Positions 1-7,548 of a stretch of 10,675 bases of DNA are shown in pieces. This stretch comes from Amoeboradix gromovi X-113 (Eukaryota > Fungi > Sanchytriomycota), in the NCBI GenBank assembly GCA_018985225.1, contig JADGIF010000334.1, positions 1 through 10,675 on the forward strand, in the 5' to 3' direction. How positions within the stretch are numbered: the stretch's first letter is position 1; the number at the start of each line of letters is the position of its first letter. Below the pieces are notes generated by a model. The model did not search any database. It had not been told where the DNA came from and saw nothing but the letters and a program-made list of their open reading frames with translations. The position numbers and the translations under genes are program-made.

Positions 1-175
1 AAAGACCTCATATATTTGAACGAGATGCAGGGTCTTTTAGTTTTATTTTGAAAAGAGGAATACAATCAATGAAAGAATCTTGGTACAATAGAAGATCTTT
101 TATTAATGATAGCATTTCTTCCGTATGGTGCACCTTTAAAAACGAGTTAGTCTAGTTTTTATATTTGGTGTCCCA
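1..175 (+). repeat. Left copy of an inverted repeat (partner 10488-10661); truncated by the window start
   Basis: 1-175 aligns by eye to the reverse complement of 10488-10661 with about 13 substitutions and indels of 3, 1 and 3 nt. Shared blocks include TAGTTTTATTTTGAAAAGAGGAATACAATCAATGAAAGAA and TTTAAAAACGAGTTAGTCTAGTTTTTATATTTGGTGTCCCA. Confidence 0.95.
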
Positions 176-635
176 CATTATAGCTATGTGAAACTGTGAA
201 AAGAAAAATCATTGAGTTCTAATGACGCTAGGAAAATCTAGAAAGTGAGTATACTGGAGCAATTGAGCTCATGTAATCACACCAAATGGATCATTCATCT
301 AAGATTGAGACCCACCTTCGCTGATCAGCTTTCTGTTAGGTACCACTGGGTTCCTGACTATATGATCCTTATCTCTTCTCGTAACGAACAATTGTCTTTT
401 CTACTTTGTTATTCTACGTTCACATAGATCATATCGGTATGTTGTCATATTCAGAGATGTAAAAAACGCGAGAGACAATAATTTTGTCTCTGTAACTATG
501 ATTTTTTACTATTGTTGTTAGTATAATGAGTATAAGGAATAAAGGAGTTTTTGGCTGACAAAAAACATTCCAGGGAGTGTCTCCGGGTTATTGCCGCTAA
601 TTTCATAGTCAATTGACCTGAAGCAAAGGATTCAA

Positions 636-1922
636 ATGAGCAAATTTTGGACAAAAGTATCTTCCGTTAGTAAAGGAAGTGCAGGATTCACAAAAGAGGT
701 ACTAGTTGGTGTAATGAAACGGAAAAATCAGGAAGAATATGTACCGACTGGATTTTCCAAATTTATGGATGCGTTGTTCTTAAATCCTTCTTTCCAGGTT
801 CATTCTGTCCGCGAACTGGAGAGTTTAGCCAGTGACCAGATTAAAAAGTCATTTTCCAAGAAATTTAATTTAGAAATTCATTTATTAGGAGTTCCAATTT
901 CTAGTGAAAAACGCGGAGCAGACTTTCCGATTCTAGATGAAAGTTTCTTTTTCCCTCCTGATCTTGATTTTAGATTTCAAAGACAATTTATTGAGCAATA
1001 CTATCCCGAGCATTTGCCCAAAGATAAGAAATGTTTTGAGCCTGAAGGTAGATACTTCCCTAAAATGTTTCTTTATCGACTTAAAGAGAATGACACCGGT
1101 AAGTTTTTAATATATTACTCTGGCGGTGCTTTCTTATTAAACCATCACACAATTTTTGCACAATTCCCGAAATATTATCCCGACTATAACATCGTTTTTG
1201 TTAGTTATGGGTTGGCACCAGAATACTCATATCCTCAAGGTATACTGGATGGCCTTGATGCTTATCACATCATTTGTAATAAATATAATCCCATTTCTAT
1301 AGTATTAGCGGGTGATAGCGCTGGTGGTCATATTTCACTTCAGGTTGCTGTTTATGTTAAGTCACATTTTTATACCGCAATAGATCTAGTAGAGGACGGT
1401 TCAAATATCACGCTGTTTAGCAAATCACCTTCTTGTTTGATGCTCTTGTCACCTTGGAGTGACATGTCACTATCCGGTAGATCCGTTCAAATAAACGGCA
1501 ACATAGATTCTATAAAACCTAGTTTTGGGCTACACAAGTTTAGGGAACTTTATCTAGGACTTCCTTTGGAAACTAATCCAGATCGAGTAGATTTGCCATT
1601 TATGAAATGTACTGATACGCACTTTAGAACGATGCCGTTTTTAACAGACAAGGATCTTAAAAGGCCTCAATTCAGTCCAGTCGAACATGATTTAAGCGGA
1701 TTGCCCCCAATTTTTATTCAAACTGGTAATTATGAGATATTGATGAATGACAATCAACAACTAGCAGATAGACTAATTAAAGCTGGTAACAAATGTTTAT
1801 GGAAGGTGTTTCCGTATCAAGTCCACATGTGGCAATCTTTTCCATTTTTATCAACAACAAAAGACAGTTTTACCAGTGGTCGTGAATTTGTGGATGCCAA
1901 TGACAAGCACGAAGGTATTTGA
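636..1922 (+). CDS. Alpha/beta hydrolase, hormone-sensitive-lipase-like (Abhydrolase_3) esterase/lipase, 428 aa
   Basis: Nucleophile elbow GDSAGG; YGLAPEYSYPQG (family motif YRLAPEHPFP); LLSPWSD; LPPIFIQTGNYEIL (acid residue); VH (catalytic His). The oxyanion motif reads YSGGAF instead of HGGG/HGGA. Confidence 0.92.
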   Translation: MSKFWTKVSSVSKGSAGFTKEVLVGVMKRKNQEEYVPTGFSKFMDALFLNPSFQVHSVRELESLASDQIKKSFSKKFNLEIHLLGVPISSEKRGADFPILDESFFFPPDLDFRFQRQFIEQYYPEHLPKDKKCFEPEGRYFPKMFLYRLKENDTGKFLIYYSGGAFLLNHHTIFAQFPKYYPDYNIVFVSYGLAPEYSYPQGILDGLDAYHIICNKYNPISIVLAGDSAGGHISLQVAVYVKSHFYTAIDLVEDGSNITLFSKSPSCLMLLSPWSDMSLSGRSVQINGNIDSIKPSFGLHKFRELYLGLPLETNPDRVDLPFMKCTDTHFRTMPFLTDKDLKRPQFSPVEHDLSGLPPIFIQTGNYEILMNDNQQLADRLIKAGNKCLWKVFPYQVHMWQSFPFLSTTKDSFTSGREFVDANDKHEGI

Positions 1923-2030
1923 AATGCCCTTTCGCAATAAAAATTATCTACTACGTTCAAACTCTGATATTCTCGTTTCAAATAGTCGTCGTGCTAAATT
2001 TCTTCAAAAATCATCAAACAAGCCACTTCA

Positions 2031-4834
2031 ATGTCTGAAGGTAAATTCTTTCAAAAAACTAAAGTTCATGAATTAAAAGCGGAATTGCTAGATTCAAAGG
2101 ACTCAAAACATACTAGGAAATTAGCAGCATTAAAAAAGATTCTCGCGAATATGACCATGGGCCAAGACATGTCATTGCTATTTAATGAAGTCATAAACTG
2201 CTTAAGCTTTAATAGTCTGGAAATAAAAAGATTAGTTTATTTATACTTACAGCACTATGCTAAGCAAAAGCCAGATTTGAGCATCATGGTGATGAACAGC
2301 CTAACCAAAGATATACAAGATATTAACCCATTGGTACAAGTTATGGCAATGAAGACTATACCTTTTATAGCCAACGAAAAGACTACAAACTCATTCTCAG
2401 AAGTGTTAAAACGAGTTTTACAGGATACAAACCCTTATGTCAAGAAATCAGCCATAATGTGTGTAGTTAAGATCTCTTACTCATTGGCACTCACAGAAGG
2501 TGAACCAGATAAGGACTGGGTTATCAGAGAGGGATTCTTTGACATAATTGTAAGATTAGTAAATGACCCATCTCCGGCAGTTATGACAACAGCGCTAACA
2601 GCTTTATCTCAAATATCTGATATCATTCCAAACCTAGCAAAAGTAGCATTCCCCTTCTCCACTGCGTCTAAAATAGCCATAGCGTTGAATGAATGTATAG
2701 AATGGCACCAGATACAAGTGATAGAATATCTGATAAACTTTATCCCAGCATCTGAAGAAGAAGCACTTAGTATTTGTGACAAAACCATAACTAGATTGCA
2801 GCATTCCAATTCTGGGATAGTGCTTGCAGCTGGCAGACTAGTCATCTACCTGGCTAACTGGATTAATGATGTAGAAACTAGAATAAACATGATTAAGAAA
2901 GTCATCCCCCCCATGATTACACTCTTGAACCATTTTCCAGAAGTTCAGTATGTTGTTTTGAAAAACATTCTTCTCTTGATCCAGCAGTATCCAAAAGCAT
3001 TCAACGGCCCTCAGTTGGCCAAGTCTTTTTTCGTTAAGTACAATGATCCTATTTATGTCAAATTGGCAAAATTAGAGATTTTAGTGCGATTAGTGGATGA
3101 GGAAACAGTTACTCAAGTGGTAACAGAGTTAAAAGAATACTCTCAAGAAGTAGATGTTGATTTTGCTCGTAAGTCGGTAAGAAGTATTGGTATATGTGCT
3201 ATGAAAGTCGAGTCAATGTCATCTAGGTGTATTAATGCGTTGGTTGAATTAGCTAAAACCCAAATATCCTACATAGTACAAGAAGTAATGGTAGTAATGA
3301 AGGATGTTTTCAGAAGATACCCCAACAAATATGAGGGATTAATTGCGCAATTGTGCGAACATTTAGCTGTTATTGATGAGCCTGAAGCTAAGTCATCTAT
3401 GATATGGATCGTAGGTCAATACAGTGACAGAATTGAGAACTCAGCTGAAGTCTTGCGAGATTTTTATTCCAAGTGGGATGAAGAACCTTTCAATGTTAAA
3501 ATGGCGATTTTGGTTGCTATTGTTAAATCCTTCTTTTATAAACCAAAGGAGTTTGAACAACTGGTCAAGGAAGTGTTAAAAAAATGCTCAGAGAACTGTG
3601 ACCATCCTGATTTAAGAGATAGGGGTTTAATGTATTGGCGAATGATTAGCAAAGACCCTAAAAAGGCTAAGATTATTGTATTAAAAGATAAACCAGAAGC
3701 TAGTGTGGAAACTGCTGATTTAGATGACAATTTACTCACCGAATTGATATTTTATTTCGGTACTTTGCCGTCCATAACTTGCAAAACTCCAAAATTTAAG
3801 TCCAAGTTGAAGAAGCTTAAGGGTTATTCAGATGACGATGATCTTTTGAACTTGAAAACTAGTAATATAATTGATTCTCAAGAACATGAAATACTAAGCC
3901 CTGATGGTGGATTCAATTCCAGTCCTGTAGATGAGTCCAACTTCTTAAACAAATACAATCAATATTACAGTAACTCACAGGACTCGCCAAATAAATCACC
4001 AACTGAGTATTATCCACCAGAAGGAAGCAGCCCGATTCCTAGACTTGAATACGACGACAAGGATGATTCCGGGGATGAAATAGACCCAAGGGACATCTCA
4101 TCAACGAAAAGTATAAAGAGTGCACCATCAATTACCCGCGACTTATGGCTGACAATGGAAAACGGAAATGGAATCACTGCCGAGGGTCACTTTTTTAGAA
4201 GTAATGGATCATTATATGCCTTGCTAACTATAACCAATACCACGTTTAACGTATTTGAGGGATTTGGGCTTTTTTTCGATAAAAATCATTTTGGATTATC
4301 TGCATCGCTGATACCAAACGGAGCCGTTTTACCGAGCCAGAGTAATGATTTCAAAATTCAGATTGTTATAAACCCATCAAAGGTACTTAAGAAGGACATT
4401 TTTGACAACTTCAATATTTTGAAAACAGCATTAACATCAACGCGAGGAAATTTCATGTTTAATGTTAAGGTTCCGCTCAAATATATGACTTTGACAAGTC
4501 CGCTGCAAATAACTTTCGAAGCTTTTATGTCAGAGGCCAAGGAACTGGCAAAGAGTGGGCCGTTGGTAAAATCAGTACTGCCTCTAACTGTGATTAGGCA
4601 AACAATCCCCAGTTTCGAGGATTCAGGATTATTGATAGTTAATTGCACTGAGACCAATGTATTCATCAACTAACTCAGGGAACAAGTTTATACATTCATG
4701 CGATATTTTTAGATGGTAACAAGTTTTACTGGATTGTTCAGTCCTCAAACAATCAAACAGTAATAAGCATGAGATCCACTGCAGGTTACGCTAATGAAGC
4801 ATTCAATGTTGCATTTTGGAGTGATGTTTTATGA
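2031..4834 (+). CDS. APL1: AP-2 adaptor complex beta subunit (beta-adaptin); spliced join(2031..4658,4679..4834), 927 aa
   Basis: Adaptin trunk motifs LEIKRLVYLYL, FFVKYNDPIYVKLAKLEIL, ELKEYSQEVDVDFARKSVRSIG and DHPDLRDRGLMYWR. The N-terminal KKILANMTM resembles fungal AP-2 beta. An acidic hinge and appendage follow. Exon 2 (GTSLYIHAIFLDGNKFYWIVQSSNNQTVISMRSTAGYANEAFNVAFWSDVL*) fits the beta-appendage platform C-terminus. AP-2 versus AP-1 beta is by recalled similarity. Confidence 0.88.
4659..4678 (+). other. 20-nt spliceosomal intron GTATTCATCAACTAACTCAG in the beta-adaptin gene
   Basis: GT...AG ends, ACTAAC branch motif, phase 0. Removal extends the ORF by 51 aa of plausible appendage sequence to a TGA followed 4 nt later by AATAAA. 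Confidence 0.85.
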
Positions 4835-4838
4835 TTAG

Positions 4839-4854
4839 AATAAATACATTTATT
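4839..4854. terminator. Back-to-back AATAAA polyadenylation signals between convergent adaptin and syntaxin
   Basis: AATAAA at 4839-4844 (+) and 4854-4849 (-) inside the 26-nt gap between the two stop codons. Confidence 0.6.
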
Positions 4855-4860
4855 ATATTT

Positions 4861-5756
4861 TCAAGCAAGAACGCTAGTCAATACCACAGCTAAGATAATT
4901 AGTATAAATAACATACAAATCGAAGAATAGCACATTCGTTTGCGATTCTTTTTCTGCTGCTTTAAAGCTTGGTCCATTTCTTGGACACCTTTCTCGGTGT
5001 AATCTACAGCAGCGTTGACATTGGTATCTATCCTAGCAATCATATCGCCTTGTTGATTAACCAACAGGGACAGATCTAAAAACAGTTGATGCATTTCAAT
5101 TAAGGATTTCTCAATGTTCATCAGGTCTTGATGTCGCTCTTGAACATCAGTTAATACACGCTGAGCTTCTCTTTGAGATGCGCCACCCATCATCTAGATT
5201 AGTAAAATATGACCTGCTGAGAAAACACTGCATCTGGGTTAGGAGAGTTAATTACCGTTTCCAGTTCTTCCTTTGTTGCATTTGGTTTCACGATCTTGTA
5301 CTGTTTCTCTATTTTACTCTTATATTTGTCCTTAAATTTAGTCTGTATATCATTGTACTTCTGAACAAGGTCTTGAAATTGTTTAGTAACTAGTGCATGC
5401 TGAGTTACTCTGATTCTAAAATCATTTGTTTGGTTTTTGCCTGATTTTTCCAAGTCTTTGTTTTCGACATCAATTTCTTTTAATATTTTTCGTATTTGAA
5501 AATTTATTCCGCTAATATCTACCATCAATTGCTCTACAATATCTCTATGTTTCTTAGTATCATCTTCTGTTACAGCTTGAAGTGATTTACTATGAGACTC
5601 ATCCATTTTATCTACCAAAGATTTTAAGTTTCCTAATAACCCTTTTGTATGCTCTATTCTCTTTAAAAAATCGTTGCTAATCCCTCCTTCTTCCGCTTTT
5701 ACAAGGGAGTTAGATCTATCCACACCAGACTTCAATTGAGCTGCTCTATCAACCAT
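4861..5756 (-). CDS. SSO1: Plasma-membrane Qa-SNARE syntaxin (Sso1/syntaxin-1 family); spliced complement(join(4861..5193,5214..5756)), 291 aa
   Basis: N-peptide MVDRAAQLK and Habc region (FRIRVTQH; RQYKIV-like KQYKIVKPNATKEE) in exon 1. Exon 2 holds the SNARE motif VQERHQDLMNIEKSLIEMHQLFLDLSLLVNQQGDMIARIDTNV and the C-terminal TM anchor. The two ORFs are halves of one protein. Confidence 0.92.
5194..5213 (-). other. 20-nt spliceosomal intron GTCATATTTTACTAATCTAG in the syntaxin gene
   Basis: CAG|GT...TAG|ATG with an ACTAAT branch motif, phase 0. Removal fuses ...VFSQQ to MMGGASQRE... in frame and gives a full-length syntaxin. Confidence 0.9.
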
Positions 5757-5812
5757 CGCGTCAATGAAATTTCTGGCCTACACTAGAAAGCGAATTTCAC
5801 AAGAAATTGTAT

Positions 5813-6166
5813 TTATTCAAAAGCTATTTTGTAAACAATTAGTCTTCCGTACAAATCAGATAAATTGGAAAACGTTAATTTCACTTTCTGGGTCGAAATT
5901 GAGTCAAATAAAATTGTCTGGGTTTGATTTGTGTCTTCTGTCATCTTCTCTATGCTAATTTTAGGAGTCTTTATACTCAAATTGAGTGCAGCGAATCCGC
6001 CTTGATACTGAACTTTTATTTTGCAGAAAGTTTTTACTTCTTCAAAATCCACCAAAATAAATTGAGTTTCACCCGCATCTGAATACCAACACTCATCGTC
6101 ATCATTCAAAAACGCAGTACAGTTGAATACTGTAGATCTATTAACAGATGATACTTTAAGTTTCAT
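5813..6166 (-). CDS. NR2C2AP: Nuclear receptor 2C2-associated protein (TRA16)-like, galactose-binding/discoidin-like fold, 117 aa
   Basis: KVSSVNR, ECWYSDAG.TQ, QYQGGF, EDTNQTQT and SDLYGRLIVY match the NR2C2AP motifs RVSSVLNR, TCWNSDQG, QFQGGF, EDNNSLQ and TDFFGRVVIY. Confidence 0.88.
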   Translation of the reverse strand: MKLKVSSVNRSTVFNCTAFLNDDDECWYSDAGETQFILVDFEEVKTFCKIKVQYQGGFAALNLSIKTPKISIEKMTEDTNQTQTILFDSISTQKVKLTFSNLSDLYGRLIVYKIAFE

Positions 6167-6186
6167 TTCAACCTCTGAGTTTTATC

Positions 6187-6837
6187 CTAAACAATTAATT
6201 GCCTATGATGAACTGGGATCAAAGAACTTACATTCCAAGTGTTCATTAGACTTTGAATCACATGATGTTCAGCATCCTGCAAACTCACCTGATGATTTAA
6301 TAAATTTTGTAAGCAATCTGTCTTAACGTCTTTTAACCCGCATGGTACAATTCTTTCAAACCATGGAAGTACTGAGTTCTGAACATTTAGAGAAAAACCA
6401 TGGCTAGTGACAAATCGCTGCACATGGACTCCAACCGATGCGATTTTGCGTTCAGCCACAAAAACACCATTATTCACTGTTCTTGTGCCTTTGATATTTT
6501 GACGTCTTAAAGCACCTATAACTATATCCTCTAGGCTATAAATAAAGTCTTTTATCCCTAACCTCAATGATTTTAAATTAACAATGGGGTACACTACCAA
6601 TTGTCCCGGTCCATGAAAAGTAGTTTGCCCTCCTCTTTGTGTTTTAGCTACATCGGCAATATTTGACAGATTTGATGAAGTCTCTAGGTTTTGACGTCTT
6701 CCATAAGTATAAACCGGATAATGTTCACAGACTAATACTGTATTTGGTAGCAGCCCTAGCTGCACTTTTTCGATTACTATAGATTGAACAGATAAACCTC
6801 TGCTGTAAGTAATTCGTCCCAAATGACTGAAAATCAT
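6187..6837 (-). CDS. LIP2: Lipoyl(octanoyl) transferase LipB/Lip2/LIPT2, 216 aa
   Basis: EHYPVYTYGRR, RGGQTTFHGPGQLVVYPI, RKIASVGV, TSHGFSLNV and FERIVPCGL (catalytic Lys and Cys). Confidence 0.95.
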   Translation of the reverse strand: MIFSHLGRITYSRGLSVQSIVIEKVQLGLLPNTVLVCEHYPVYTYGRRQNLETSSNLSNIADVAKTQRGGQTTFHGPGQLVVYPIVNLKSLRLGIKDFIYSLEDIVIGALRRQNIKGTRTVNNGVFVAERKIASVGVHVQRFVTSHGFSLNVQNSVLPWFERIVPCGLKDVKTDCLQNLLNHQVSLQDAEHHVIQSLMNTWNVSSLIPVHHRQLIV

Positions 6838-7005
6838 AAGGGGTAAATCATAGCATCATAAGTGAAGCACAAGAATCTACGCAACAGATCGGACAAGCTT
6901 ACAAACTCAGAGCAAAACATATGATGAAGGAAAAAGAGATATCGAGCTACCATCTAGATAGGTGTGTTCTGAGAGGGTGCTAGAAAGTTATCAGTTTAAT
7001 GAAAT

Positions 7006-7332
7006 TTATTCTGCAAAGCACTCTTTTTTAATTACATGCCCTTCAAATAATATTCCGTCTTTTTCCAAAAGATCCATCTTCTTTTTAGAATCAATGGTCA
7101 TTTTTTTCTGCTTAACATCTCCATTAGTTGGAACAGCTCTATGAAAATGAGAAATATCGCTTCCATGTGTATTTTTTACAATGGTCCCAATAACTGTCGG
7201 TGTTGTGTTCAACTTCTCCGCCAACACCTTGTAGCTCATTACCTTTCCCTTCGGAATCCCTTTACATGCTTTCTCCAATTCTATTCTTACCTGTTTGAAT
7301 TTTTCAGTATCCAAGTTCTTGCGTGCTGCCAT
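7006..7332 (-). CDS. MGMT-family DNA-binding domain protein, alkyltransferase-like (ATL/Atl1/YbaZ-type), 108 aa
   Basis: IPKGKVMSYKVLA HTH start, HFHRAV at the PCHRV/PWHRV position, and LLEKDGI C-terminal motif. No active-site Cys. Confidence 0.85.
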   Translation of the reverse strand: MAARKNLDTEKFKQVRIELEKACKGIPKGKVMSYKVLAEKLNTTPTVIGTIVKNTHGSDISHFHRAVPTNGDVKQKKMTIDSKKKMDLLEKDGILFEGHVIKKECFAE

Positions 7333-7548
7333 TCCGATGAAAAAGCGATTCTTTTTTATTTATAACAGACTCCACCAATCAGCTGTAAGAATTGTTGTGT
7401 TTAGAATTTGGCGAAACTCTAAAAATAGAATCGTCATGAGACATACAATCAGAAACTAGCCCCATCCCATGTAATCGGGTTTTGATTGATGTACATCATA
7501 GGGTGTCCTGAAGGAGGCTTTGCATCAAATTTCACTTTGTCATTGCAT

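Noticed and set aside
245-427. 60-aa ORF
   Set aside because: GTG start, no recognisable motif; lies in repeat-adjacent sequence.
587-608. 22-nt intron-like GTTATTGCCGCTAATTTCATAG upstream of the hydrolase
   Set aside because: The downstream side is in frame with ATG 636, but the upstream frame hits TAA (533-535) with no ATG. At most a UTR intron, and unsupported.
4861-5756. Syntaxin as two genes or a frameshifted pseudogene
   Set aside because: A GT-AG intron with a branch motif, matching the adaptin intron in geometry, joins the halves exactly in frame.
6780-6837. LIP2 lacks an obvious mitochondrial presequence
   Set aside because: Eukaryotic LIPT2 proteins can also begin almost directly at the catalytic domain, so this is not clearly unusual.
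7455-7505. SECIS-like ATGA..AAAA..GA on the minus strand
   Set aside because: Helix II does not pair next to the quartet, and no gene here has an in-frame TGA.
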